DNA of 63,790 nt from Candidatus Pacearchaeota archaeon (GTDB taxonomy: Archaea; Nanobdellota; Nanobdellia; Pacearchaeales; GW2011-AR1), in NCBI GenBank assembly GCA_026395815.1, contig JAPLXZ010000002.1, positions 1 through 63,790 on the forward strand. Reading direction: 5' to 3'. Numbering within the stretch: position 1 is the first letter of the stretch; each line of letters begins with the position of its first letter. Below, piece by piece: positions 47,296-56,891 of this stretch. The notes under the pieces are model-generated. The model saw only the letters and a list, made by a program, of their open reading frames with translations. It made no database searches and had not been told where the DNA came from. The position numbers were made by a program, and so were the translations under genes.

Positions 47296-48639
47296 TTACA
47301 ACTTTAGCTTTTGGCCGTTTTGCATAAGATGGCAATTTTTCCCTGCTTTGTATCCCATCTCTTTTCCAAGTTCCATCATAGGAGTCAAGTGCATTATTGA
47401 ACCATGGGCAGGGATTATATTTTCTGGATGTATCATAGTTATCAAATCCCTCAAATCTTCTCTTCCTGCATGGCCTGAAACATGGATGTTATCAAAAATT
47501 CTAACTCCATATTTTTTCAGCCTTTTGTCCATCTGTTCTTTATTTGCAACATTTACAGCAGCAGGAATTGTTCTTGAAGAAAAAACTACATTGTCGCCTG
47601 AACGGAATTCAAATGGAAGCTTGTTTCTTGAAAGCCTGTCCATTATACTTCCTGGTTCTCCTTGATGCCCTGTGCAAACAATCAAGGAATTTTCCCTTTC
47701 TTTTTGTATTTTTTTCAAAACAGAATCAACCTGCTTTTTGTAGCTTACAAGTTCAATATCTTTTTTGAAGGGGCACATTCCGATGTCAATTGATGCTGAA
47801 ACATACTTCTTCAAACTCCTTCCCATAAAGTAAATTTTTCTGTCTAATTTTTTCGAGAAATCAACAATGCTTTTCAATCTTGCAATATGGGATGAAAAAG
47901 TCGTGACAAAAATTGCAGATTCCTCGTTTTTTATCGTCAATAAGACTTCTTCCAAAAGTGCTCTTGCTATTTTTTCGCTCGGTGTTTTCCTTTCAATTCC
48001 AGAGTAAAGAGAATCAACAATAAGAACCTTGACTCCTTCTTTTGAAATTTTTTTTAACAAATCATAATTAGGGGGCAAACCAAGAATTGGAGTATTGTCC
48101 ATCTTGAAATCATTCGCATACAAAACAATTCCTTCTGGAGTGTGCAAAGCAATCATGGAAGTTTGCAGTGTAGAATGCGTTATGTTAATAAAATCAACAG
48201 TATAATTTCCACTTTTTCCTTTAATAGAACATGAAGAATTTGGATTTATTGTTTTTATTGGATTTGGGATGCTCATGTTTTCATCTTCCATTATCTTTTT
48301 CAAAACCTGGGTCGTGAATGGCGTTCCTAAAACAGGGGCATTATACCTGTAAGCCATGTAAGGAATTGCACCTATATGGTCGAGATGAGCATGGCCTAAA
48401 AAAATTGCCCGAACTTTATTTCTCAATCCGAACTTGTCTAAAATCAAATCATCTGGCAATGCTCCAATGCTTCTTAATCTTTTTTCAGAATAATTTCCTT
48501 CCTGAGTTTCCTCTTCCTGAAGCTCGACAATTGCAGGCAGATAAACTCCTGCGTCGAATATGAATACGTCATCTCCTGTTTTAACAGCAGTCATATTCTT
48601 TCCTACTTCATCAAATCCGCCTATAGTATAAATTTCCAT
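47296..48639 (-). CDS. rnj: Ribonuclease J
   Basis: GGFDEVGKNMT, HAHLDHIG, THS, NDFK, TGHQGEP, HVSGHA, PAHG. Confidence 0.95.
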   Translation of the reverse strand: MEIYTIGGFDEVGKNMTAVKTGDDVFIFDAGVYLPAIVELQEEETQEGNYSEKRLRSIGALPDDLILDKFGLRNKVRAIFLGHAHLDHIGAIPYMAYRYNAPVLGTPFTTQVLKKIMEDENMSIPNPIKTINPNSSCSIKGKSGNYTVDFINITHSTLQTSMIALHTPEGIVLYANDFKMDNTPILGLPPNYDLLKKISKEGVKVLIVDSLYSGIERKTPSEKIARALLEEVLLTIKNEESAIFVTTFSSHIARLKSIVDFSKKLDRKIYFMGRSLKKYVSASIDIGMCPFKKDIELVSYKKQVDSVLKKIQKERENSLIVCTGHQGEPGSIMDRLSRNKLPFEFRSGDNVVFSSRTIPAAVNVANKEQMDKRLKKYGVRIFDNIHVSGHAGREDLRDLITMIHPENIIPAHGSIMHLTPMMELGKEMGYKAGKNCHLMQNGQKLKL

Positions 48640-48759
48640 TTTTTCTAAATCTTATCACTTTTTATGCTATAAATTAGAAGAGGTAGTTTAAAAATTCTTT
48701 CAAAGAATTTTTAGATATAAAAAAGATAATTTTAATAATCAGATTTTACTGATAGTATC

Positions 48760-49044
48760 ATGAAAACTCTCAAGTCACTCAGACCAAGCATGAGGGAAAA
48801 TAAGAGATATTTGTTAGTTGAAGGAAAGAATTTAAGAAAAAATATTGAAAAGGCTATTTTAGAGTTTATAGGAATTTTAGGCATGTCAAAAGTTGGATTG
48901 GAATTCATAAGAGAAGGTCAAGATTCTGCTATTATAGGGATAAATAGGGAAATGGTTGATTCTGTAAGAGCAAGTTTATGCGTTTTTTCTGAAAAAATGG
49001 AAGTGAAAAAGGTAAGCGGGACATTAAAAGGGCTGAAGAGATAA
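48760..49044 (+). CDS. RNase P protein component 2 (Pop5/Rpp14)
   Basis: LRPSMRENKRYL, KVSGTLKGL; canonical position upstream of psmA. Confidence 0.88.
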   Translation: MKTLKSLRPSMRENKRYLLVEGKNLRKNIEKAILEFIGILGMSKVGLEFIREGQDSAIIGINREMVDSVRASLCVFSEKMEVKKVSGTLKGLKR

Positions 49045-49080
49045 GATAAACCTTAAATATCTTAATTTGAAGGGATTCTT

Positions 49081-49389
49081 ATGCTAATTGATGAAGATAT
49101 AACAAAAGTACTTGAAGAAGAGAAGAAAAAATTAGAAATAGAAGAAGTTGTAAGAGTATTTCCTGGATGGAAACCTGTTCCTTGCATTGAAAAAAGAGGA
49201 GAAGAATATACCATTATTATTCCTTCTCATATAAATCCAACAAAGATTAGATTTAAACATATTATAAGACATGAATTATATCACTCATACAGACATAAAA
49301 AAGATGTAGAAAGAGGGGTTGGTTTTATGAGAAATCTTTTGTTAGACATACCTGCAAATGTATATTCTTATTTTGGGATTAGATTGTAA
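49081..49389 (+). CDS. Small zincin-like protein
   Basis: IRHELYH HExxH motif. Confidence 0.6.
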   Translation: MLIDEDITKVLEEEKKKLEIEEVVRVFPGWKPVPCIEKRGEEYTIIIPSHINPTKIRFKHIIRHELYHSYRHKKDVERGVGFMRNLLLDIPANVYSYFGIRL

Positions 49390-49484
49390 TTTTCCCTCCA
49401 AAAACTTTAAATACCATTATTTCTTCTAAAAATCGGAGAGAAAAAGAAATTAAGTTTTAAATTATAAATTTCTCTAAAATTAGA

Positions 49485-50210
49485 ATGGATATACCATTAG
49501 ACTTACAACAACAAGCAATGGGCTATGACAGAACTGCGACAATGTTCTCGCCTCAAGGCCATTTGCTTCAGGTAGAATATGCTGAAAAAACTGTCAGACT
49601 TGGAAGTGCAAGCATTGGCATGACTTGTTCTGATGGAGTTTTTATACTTGCAGATTTAAGAATAGAAGACAAGCTGATTGTCCAAAGATCAGCGAACAAG
49701 ATTTATGAAATTGATTCTCACATAATTGCAAGCGTTGCTGGAATTGTCTCTGATGCAAGAGTTTTGATTGAAAGAGCGCAAGTTTTAGCACAGCAGCATA
49801 GAGTCACTTACGATTCTCCAATAGAGCCAGAATTAATAATCAAAGACATTTCAAATGTAAAGCAGCAATTCACTCAATATGGCGGAGCAAGGCCATTTGG
49901 AGTCTCTTTAATGATTGCTGGAATAAACAGCAAAAGACCAGAGCTTTACACAAGCGATGTTACAGGAAATTATCTTTCATATTACACAAATGCAATCGGA
50001 GAAAACGACGAGAAAATAAGAGAAATACTAAGGGAAAAATACAAGCCGGAATTTACAATAAAAAGAGGAGTTAAACTTGCATTGGATATAATTAAGGAAA
50101 TGCAGGACAAGAAATTCAATATTGGCAGGTTTGAATTGGTTTATATTAAAAGCGAAAATTCGGAATTAAAAAGATTATACGGAGAAGAATTGCAAGAATT
50201 TGTAAAATAA
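49485..50210 (+). CDS. psmA: Proteasome alpha subunit
   Basis: GYDRTATMFSPQGHLLQVEYA, RPFGVSL. Confidence 0.97.
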   Translation: MDIPLDLQQQAMGYDRTATMFSPQGHLLQVEYAEKTVRLGSASIGMTCSDGVFILADLRIEDKLIVQRSANKIYEIDSHIIASVAGIVSDARVLIERAQVLAQQHRVTYDSPIEPELIIKDISNVKQQFTQYGGARPFGVSLMIAGINSKRPELYTSDVTGNYLSYYTNAIGENDEKIREILREKYKPEFTIKRGVKLALDIIKEMQDKKFNIGRFELVYIKSENSELKRLYGEELQEFVK

Positions 50211-50217
50211 AATTAAA

Positions 50218-50889
50218 ATGACTAAAACAACCGCAAGAATAAAACAAAAAGGAAAACCTTTCGAGATTATAGTTGATTTGGATGAAGCATTAAAATTCAA
50301 AAAAGGGGAAAGCAATTGGATTGAAGCAGAAGGAGGCAGAATTTTCATAGATGTAAAAAAAGGAAATGCTGCTCCTGCAAAAGACTTAGAAGATGCTTTT
50401 GGAACAACAGATGTTTCAACTATTGCTGCAAAAATTGTTAAAAGCGGTGAGATTTTAACAACACAAGAGTACAGAGAAGATGAAAAAGAAAAAAAATACA
50501 AGCAAGTTGTCGATATTTTAGTTAAAAATACTATTGATCCTAAAACAGGAAATCCGCACACCCCTGAAAGAATAAAAAGTGCATTGGAAGAAGCGCATGT
50601 TAATATTAAAAACACGCCGATAGAAAGTCAGATTAAGGATATTATTGAAGAAATAAGCAAGATTATTCCAATAAAAGTTGAAACAAAAAGAATTAAAATA
50701 AAGGTTCCTGCAATACATACAGGGAAAGCTTATGGAGTAGTAAGCCAGTACAAAGAAGAGGAAAATTGGCTTAATGACGGAAGTTTGGAAGTCGTTGTAA
50801 GCATTCCTGCTGGATTGATAATGGAGTTTTATGACAAATTAAATTCAGCGACGCATGGAAGTGCGTTTACAGAGGAGTTAAAAGAATAA
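50218..50889 (+). CDS. Ribosome maturation factor SBDS/Sdo1
   Basis: FEIIVD, AFGTTD, DPKTGNPHTPERI. Confidence 0.95.
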   Translation: MTKTTARIKQKGKPFEIIVDLDEALKFKKGESNWIEAEGGRIFIDVKKGNAAPAKDLEDAFGTTDVSTIAAKIVKSGEILTTQEYREDEKEKKYKQVVDILVKNTIDPKTGNPHTPERIKSALEEAHVNIKNTPIESQIKDIIEEISKIIPIKVETKRIKIKVPAIHTGKAYGVVSQYKEEENWLNDGSLEVVVSIPAGLIMEFYDKLNSATHGSAFTEELKE

Positions 50890-50890
50890 A

Positions 50891-51070
50891 ATGACAATTG
50901 ATTTAGGGAAAAAGATGGTTAGTGAAGATGGGTATGATTTATGCGTTAGTTGCAGTACTAAAACCGTTTATAAAACAGAGACGCATATTGATGCAAGAAG
51001 AAATTATATAGAAGGCGCAGGGCAGTTGTGTGGTAATTGCTATGAAGCTTTAGAGGGAACAAGGAAATGA
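50891..51070 (+). CDS. Small Zn-finger protein (59 aa), absent from ORF track
   Basis: ..CVSC..HIDARRNYIEGAGQLCGNC..; ATGA overlap with rrp4. Confidence 0.75.
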   Translation: MTIDLGKKMVSEDGYDLCVSCSTKTVYKTETHIDARRNYIEGAGQLCGNCYEALEGTRK

Positions 51071-51783
51071 CAGACAGAAAAATTGTAATACCTGGAGAAG
51101 TAGTGTTCGAAGGAGCAGACTATTTGCCGGGAGAAGGAACAGAAAAGAAAGGAAACGAGATAGTTGCAATGCGATTTGGTCTTGCTGAAGAAGCAAATAA
51201 ACTCATCAAAGTCATACCTTTATCAGGAGTTTATCAACCAAGAAGAGGAAACGTTGTAATAGGAAAAGTGGAGAATGTAACATTTAATGGATGGGTTATA
51301 GACATAGGGACAGCAGACAGTTCATTCTTGCCTATAATGGAATTTCCAAGATATGTCAACCAAGATGAATTGGAAGAAATTATGGCTATTGGAGATATGG
51401 TTGTTGCAAAGATTAATTCAATAAACCAGAGGGGAATAGACTTAACAGTCAAGCTAAAAGGACTTGGCAGATTGGATAAGGGAATCATAATCAGCATAAA
51501 TTCAAATAAAGTCCCAAGAGTTATCGGTAAGGAAGGAAGCATGATATCTTTAATAAAAGAAGAGACAAACTGCAGAATCACTGTTGGCCAAAACGGATTG
51601 ATTTGGATAAATGGAAACAAGATAGAAGATGAGCTATTTGCAAAGAAAGCTATTTTGCATGTTGCTGAAAGATCATTCATGTCTGGACTTACAGACGAGA
51701 TGAAAAAATGGTTTGAAAAAGAAAAAGAACAGACAGGAAGTCTGAAAAACAGACAGGCTGTTTTAAAGGAGAATAAAAATTAA
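51067..51783 (+). CDS. rrp4: Exosome RNA-binding protein Rrp4
   Basis: VIPGE, S1 domain, KVPRVIGKEGSMI KH, VGQNGLIW. Confidence 0.95.
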   Translation: MTDRKIVIPGEVVFEGADYLPGEGTEKKGNEIVAMRFGLAEEANKLIKVIPLSGVYQPRRGNVVIGKVENVTFNGWVIDIGTADSSFLPIMEFPRYVNQDELEEIMAIGDMVVAKINSINQRGIDLTVKLKGLGRLDKGIIISINSNKVPRVIGKEGSMISLIKEETNCRITVGQNGLIWINGNKIEDELFAKKAILHVAERSFMSGLTDEMKKWFEKEKEQTGSLKNRQAVLKENKN

Positions 51784-51784
51784 A

Positions 51785-52048
51785 ATGGGAATAGGAGAAA
51801 AAGATACTCAAGAGAAAATGAAAGTTGAATATAAAGTAGTTAGTGAAAGAAATTGGAATGAAAAAAGTTCATCTCCAATAAAGTACACTTTTTATGAAAA
51901 TGGTTCAAAGACTGATGAAACATCTCATTTAGACCATTTGGAGTTTCCAGAAGACACAGGTTTTTTAATGACAATGGCAAAAAAACAAAGAGATATTTTA
52001 AATAAAAATAAAATAATTAAATCAATTGAATCAACCCTAATAGTTTAA
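51785..52048 (+). CDS. Hypothetical protein
   Basis: 87-aa ORF tightly packed between rrp4 and rrp41. Confidence 0.6.
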   Translation: MGIGEKDTQEKMKVEYKVVSERNWNEKSSSPIKYTFYENGSKTDETSHLDHLEFPEDTGFLMTMAKKQRDILNKNKIIKSIESTLIV

Positions 52049-52049
52049 A

Positions 52050-52772
52050 ATGACAACAAAAGAAACACACTCAAAAGAATTCAAAAGACCTGACGGAAGA
52101 AAGCCTGATGAGCTTAGGAAGATAACTGCAAAAGTCGGGATAATTCCTAATGCAGATGGAAGTGCGATGTTCTCATTCGGAGATACTGTTGCAATTGCTG
52201 CTGTTTACGGGCCAAAAAAAATGCATCCTCAACATTCACAAAATCCAGAAAAAGGAACATTGAGATGTAACTACAACATGCTCAGCTTTTCTGTTTCAGA
52301 AAGAATTCGTCCAGGGCCTTCAAGAAGAAGCACTGAAATTAGCAAGATAACAGAATGGGCTTTAGAGCCGGTTTTAATGATTAATGATTTTCAGGGAAAT
52401 GTCGTCGATGTTCATATAAGCATTTTGCAGGCAAACGCATCAACAAGATGCGCTGGAATAAACGCTGCTGTGATGGCTCTCGCTCATGCCGGAATTCCAA
52501 TGAAGAACCTTGTATCGAGCGTTTCAATAGGAAAACTTGACAAGCAGTTAGTTGTTGATTTGATAAAGGAAGAAGAAGATTGGGAAGAGGGAGAAGGAGC
52601 AACAGACATCCCAATAACATTTACTGCAGACGGAAAAATAACTCACATTCAGTTGGATGGAAAAATAACAAAGAAGCAATTAAAAGAAGCAATAGAACTT
52701 GCAAGAGAATCCTGCAAGAAGATTTACGAAATTCAAAAGAAAGCTTTGAAAGAAGTAGGGGAGGAAAAATGA
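52050..52772 (+). CDS. rrp41: Exosome core subunit Rrp41
   Basis: RPDGRKPDELR, ADGSA, GPSRRSTEIS, STRCAGINAA. Confidence 0.95.
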   Translation: MTTKETHSKEFKRPDGRKPDELRKITAKVGIIPNADGSAMFSFGDTVAIAAVYGPKKMHPQHSQNPEKGTLRCNYNMLSFSVSERIRPGPSRRSTEISKITEWALEPVLMINDFQGNVVDVHISILQANASTRCAGINAAVMALAHAGIPMKNLVSSVSIGKLDKQLVVDLIKEEEDWEEGEGATDIPITFTADGKITHIQLDGKITKKQLKEAIELARESCKKIYEIQKKALKEVGEEK

Positions 52773-52818
52773 CTAAACAGAAATTCAGCACAAATAAAAA
52801 TTCAGGAGAATTTTCATA

Positions 52819-53619
52819 ATGATAGAAACATCAGAATTAACAGCAGAAAGAATAAAAGAATATTTGAACCTTGGAAAAAGGTTTGATGACAGAAAACTCG
52901 ACGAGTTCAGGGAAATAGTTATTGAGACAGGAGTCTCAAAAAATGCAGAAGGAAGCGCAAGAGTAAAAGTAGGAAAAACAGAAGTACTTGTAGGAGTTAA
53001 GATGGATGTTTCAGAACCCTACCCTGATTCTCAAGACAAGGGAAATTTGATGGTTACTGCTGAATTGCTTCCATTAAGTTCTCCAAGATTTGAATACGGA
53101 CCTCCTCAATTTGACGCAATAGAATTAGCAAGAGTCATTGACAGGGGAATAAGAGAAAGCAAATTCATTCAACTAGAAAAATTATGCATAAAAGAAGGAG
53201 AAAAAGTTTGGACTGTTTTCATAGACATATATACAATGAACGACGACGGAAATTTATTTGATGCAGCATGGTTAGGAGCAATTGCTGCGCTTAAAACAGC
53301 AAAAATTCCAAAATACGAAGAAAAAGAAGAAAAAGTTATATATGGAGAACGGACAAAAGACAATGTTCCATTGGCAGAATATGTTCCAATATCCTTGACA
53401 GTTTATAAAATAGGGAATAACTTAATTGTTGACCCTACAAAAGAAGAAGAAGATATAAGAGAAACTAGAGTGACTGTTTGTAGTTCTGACGGAACGATTT
53501 TTTCAATGCAAAAAGGAAATGTGAAAGAATTGAGTGTTGAAGAATTCAGTAATATTCTTGATTTAGTGGAAAAAACAGAAAGAGAAATCTTTAAAAAAAT
53601 AGAAAAGAATTTAAAATAA
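52819..53619 (+). CDS. rrp42: Exosome core subunit Rrp42
   Basis: AEGSARV, ELARVIDRGIRES, NDDGNLFDA, VDPT. Confidence 0.95.
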   Translation: MIETSELTAERIKEYLNLGKRFDDRKLDEFREIVIETGVSKNAEGSARVKVGKTEVLVGVKMDVSEPYPDSQDKGNLMVTAELLPLSSPRFEYGPPQFDAIELARVIDRGIRESKFIQLEKLCIKEGEKVWTVFIDIYTMNDDGNLFDAAWLGAIAALKTAKIPKYEEKEEKVIYGERTKDNVPLAEYVPISLTVYKIGNNLIVDPTKEEEDIRETRVTVCSSDGTIFSMQKGNVKELSVEEFSNILDLVEKTEREIFKKIEKNLK

Positions 53620-53780
53620 TGGAAAACCAAATTAAACTTTGCGAATTGATTGAATACTGTGGAGACTTTCATGTCATTGGAAAAAATGCATGTGAAGGCG
53701 TGAAAAATTCTAATGAATGCCCATTATTAATTGATGTTAAAAATAATCAATATACAGACAGATTTAAACCATTACCATAA
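53619..53780 (+). CDS. Small Cys-containing hypothetical protein (53 aa), absent from ORF track
   Basis: MENQIKLCELIEYCGDFHVIGKNACEGVKNSNECPLL..; TAATG overlap with rrp42, ends 1 nt before rpoK ATG. Confidence 0.6.
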   Translation: MENQIKLCELIEYCGDFHVIGKNACEGVKNSNECPLLIDVKNNQYTDRFKPLP

Positions 53781-53781
53781 G

Positions 53782-54150
53782 ATGTTAAAAGGATTTAGCA
53801 AATATGAAACAGCAAGGATTCTTGGAGCAAGGGCTTTGCAAATTTCAATGAATGCTCCTTTATTAATAAAAATAGAAAAAGAAGATCTTGAAAAAATAAA
53901 TTACGATGCATTAAAAATTGCTGAGATAGAACTTAATTCAGAAATTCTTCCAATTTCAATAAAACGTCCTTTCCCGCTAAAAAGAGAGGACAGATTAAAG
54001 AGAATAAGGGAAAGAAAGATTTCTGACCAAGAGATTGAGAAAAAAGAAGGAACAGAAGAAGCAAGCATAGTTGGAAGCGGTGAAATGATGGAACTCGCAA
54101 CTCCTGAAGACGAAGCAGGAGATGAAGCTGAAGAAGCAGAAGGGGAATAA
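53782..54150 (+). CDS. rpoK: RNA polymerase subunit K (Rpo6) with acidic tail
   Basis: SKYETARILGARALQISMNAP; ATG at 53782. Confidence 0.93.
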   Translation: MLKGFSKYETARILGARALQISMNAPLLIKIEKEDLEKINYDALKIAEIELNSEILPISIKRPFPLKREDRLKRIRERKISDQEIEKKEGTEEASIVGSGEMMELATPEDEAGDEAEEAEGE

Positions 54151-54187
54151 TATTAAAGTTTATTAATCCAACTTCATTTTTCTTATT

Positions 54188-55342
54188 ATGATAATAAAGG
54201 GGGTTTCAGCGAAAACTATTTTGGATTCTCGAAAAGAAAAAACCGTTCTTGTTTCTGTAAAAACAAATGCTGGAGAATTCAGTGCAAGCGCGCCGAATGG
54301 AAAATCAACAGGAAGTTATGAAAAAAAACCGTACAAGAAAAGCCTTGAAGAAGACATAAAGGCAATAAAACAATTCAGTGATTATTTCTCCGAGGATATT
54401 CTCGATAAATTTGATGATTTGAGAAGAGTTGAAGATGTCATGGACAGGCAGATTGGTGCTAATACCCTTTTTGCATTTGAGTCTGCAATACTCAAAGCGA
54501 TTGCAAAAGAACAAAAAAAACAGGTTTGGGAACTTATAGACAATAATGCTAAAGGATTTCCAAGACTTGTAGGCAATTGCATTGGTGGAGGAAAACATTC
54601 GTCATTAGAAAGAAAGCCGGATTTTCAAGAATTTTTGCTGATTCCTAATTTGAAAAACGTGAAAGAATCTTTTGAAGCAAATAAAAAGGCAAAAAAAGAA
54701 GCAGAATGGTTGTTAAAAAAACAGGATGAAAAATTCAAGGGAAATAAGAATGATGAAGACGCATGGGCTACATCTTTAAATGATAAAGTTGTTTTGGAGA
54801 TACTGAAAAATTTAAAATTGCCTCTTGGAATTGACGTCGCTGCTACTGGCTTTTACAAGAGAAAGAAATATCATTATCACAATCCGCCGTTAGACAGGGA
54901 AAATGAAGAACATTTCGAATATTTATGCAATTTAATAAGAAATTTTAATCTTTTTTACATAGAAGACCCTTTTGAAGAGGGAAGTTTTGAAGATTTTGCA
55001 AAATTATTAAAGAAATTTCCTGAAAGATTAATTGTTGGGGACGATCTCACAACTACAAACCCAAAAAGATTTGAAAAAGCAATAAAGATGAAAAGCATAA
55101 ATGCAATAATCGTAAAACCAAATCAGATTGGCTCTTTAATAGAGATGAAAGAGGTTGTTGAACTGGCAAAAAGGAACAACATTAAGATTGTTTTTTCTCA
55201 CAGAAGCGGAGAAACAGAAGAAACTATTTTGGCTGATTTAGCCTTCGGTTTTCAAGCTGATTTTTTTAAATGTGGAATTACAGGCAAGGAAAGAGAAGCA
55301 AAGATAAAGAGATTAATTGAGATTGAAAAAGGATTGAAGTAA
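54188..55342 (+). CDS. eno: Enolase
   Basis: ILDSR, STG, DFQEF, IEDPF, VGDDL, KPNQIG, SHRSGET. Confidence 0.95.
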   Translation: MIIKGVSAKTILDSRKEKTVLVSVKTNAGEFSASAPNGKSTGSYEKKPYKKSLEEDIKAIKQFSDYFSEDILDKFDDLRRVEDVMDRQIGANTLFAFESAILKAIAKEQKKQVWELIDNNAKGFPRLVGNCIGGGKHSSLERKPDFQEFLLIPNLKNVKESFEANKKAKKEAEWLLKKQDEKFKGNKNDEDAWATSLNDKVVLEILKNLKLPLGIDVAATGFYKRKKYHYHNPPLDRENEEHFEYLCNLIRNFNLFYIEDPFEEGSFEDFAKLLKKFPERLIVGDDLTTTNPKRFEKAIKMKSINAIIVKPNQIGSLIEMKEVVELAKRNNIKIVFSHRSGETEETILADLAFGFQADFFKCGITGKEREAKIKRLIEIEKGLK

Positions 55343-55406
55343 ATTATATTCTATATTCCCATTTTGCATAGAAAACCTTTAAAAATATACTTTTTCTCTG
55401 AAATGT

Positions 55407-56423
55407 ATGCCTAAAAAAAAGAAATCTGAAAATGAAACCGCTGAAGAAAAAGCAGAAGAAAAAATAGAAGCAGATATCGTCAAAGATATAGAAAAAGACG
55501 GCGTGCCGGAAAGCATTGCAAAGAAAGAAGAAAATATAGCAGAAAGGGTAGAAAAAGAACTGGAAAAGAAAGCAGAATCGCAAGCGAGCGCATCTTTAGT
55601 AAAAGCTGCGGAAGCAGAATCACTTTCAACTGAAAATATAAAAGAAGACTCTGAACAAGTTCAAGTTTCATCCAATGACAACATTGAACGAAAGAAAAAA
55701 GAAATTCTTGAAAAAGCGAAAAAGCTAGCTGAAAAACTTGAAAAACCTACTACAGAAGAGCTTAAAGAAAAAATCAAAATCAAGAAAAGAACAGACATGC
55801 TTATTCCTCTTGAAGAGTATGTCAAATCGGGAATTTATCTTGGAACAAGAGTTATAACTCCTGACATGAGGCCATTTGTTTACAGAAGAAGAGCAGATGG
55901 ACTTGCAATATTCAACACTGATCTAATCGATGAGAAATTAAAAGAAGCAATTGAATATTTTTCCAAATTTGACGCTAAGGACATAATCCTTGTGTGCAAA
56001 AGACAAGCAGGATGGAAAGCTGCAGAGATGTTTTCAAGATTAACAGGAATAAGAACATTCACAAAAAAATATCCCGCAGGAATTTTAACAAATACTGCAC
56101 TTCCTGATTTTTTTGAGAATGAATTGAGCATAATTACAGATTCATGGCTTGACAAAAACGCCTTGCATGATACTGTGAATGCTAGAAAAAAAGTTTTGAT
56201 GCTTTGCGACACGAATAATTTTGCAAGAAATGCTGATCAGATAATAATTGGGAATAATAAAAGTTCAAAAAGCTTGGGGGTAATTTTTTACTTGCTCACG
56301 AGAGGATATTGCAAAGCAAAAGGGCTTGAAGTAGATGTTCCTGATTTAGATTTCTGGACAGTTGAAGAAGAACCGCAAATTGAAGAAAGAACAAGAAGAA
56401 TAGACACGAGATTTGGAGTGTAA
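55407..56423 (+). CDS. rps2: 30S ribosomal protein uS2 with long charged N-terminal extension
   Basis: LEEYVKSGIYLGT..MRPFVY.RRADGL, GNNKS.KSL; follows eno as in the archaeal superoperon. Confidence 0.92.
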   Translation: MPKKKKSENETAEEKAEEKIEADIVKDIEKDGVPESIAKKEENIAERVEKELEKKAESQASASLVKAAEAESLSTENIKEDSEQVQVSSNDNIERKKKEILEKAKKLAEKLEKPTTEELKEKIKIKKRTDMLIPLEEYVKSGIYLGTRVITPDMRPFVYRRRADGLAIFNTDLIDEKLKEAIEYFSKFDAKDIILVCKRQAGWKAAEMFSRLTGIRTFTKKYPAGILTNTALPDFFENELSIITDSWLDKNALHDTVNARKKVLMLCDTNNFARNADQIIIGNNKSSKSLGVIFYLLTRGYCKAKGLEVDVPDLDFWTVEEEPQIEERTRRIDTRFGV

Positions 56424-56424
56424 G

Positions 56425-56494
56425 ACGCTCGGCTTCGCCTCGCTTAAGATACTTCTCGCACTAACGTGCTCGAAATTGATATAATGATTAATGA
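56425..56494 (+). repeat. Dispersed ~70-bp REP/MITE-like hairpin element, copy B
   Basis: Near-identical to 45984..46053; starts 1 nt after the rps2 stop. Confidence 0.9.
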
Positions 56495-56602
56495 ATAATC
56501 ACAATTAAATTTTATTAACCAATACAAATAATCAACGCGTGGTTTTTCGCATTAAATTGCATATTGATATCACGAATGTTAATGAGTGCTATCTTTTGGG
56601 AG

Positions 56603-56821
56603 TTAATTTACAGGCTTCTCCACTTTTGTCCCGCATTCATGGCAGAACTTCTCACATTCATCAAGGATTATTCCGCAGTTTTTGCATTTGATAACAATTT
56701 GCTTTTTTTCTATTACAGGTTTATAATTAGATTTTCCTGAAACTAATTTTCCGAATGCGCTTACAAACTCATCAGTTTGTTGTATCTCATTCATCCTCTT
56801 TTGAAGAAAATTTGCATCCAT
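56603..56821 (-). CDS. Small zinc-ribbon protein
   Basis: CKNCG..KFCHECG. Confidence 0.8.
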   Translation of the reverse strand: MDANFLQKRMNEIQQTDEFVSAFGKLVSGKSNYKPVIEKKQIVIKCKNCGIILDECEKFCHECGTKVEKPVN

Positions 56822-56891
56822 AACCTTTTTTTAATTGTTTATTAAAGATAATAAAAAAATACATTTATAAAGTTTTTTGCATTGTTTTTAT

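Noticed and set aside
56535-56590. Possible fourth hairpin-element copy (attgatatcacgaatgttaatg)
   Set aside because: Only the tail is weakly similar, with different spacing and no clear tandem-GA hairpin
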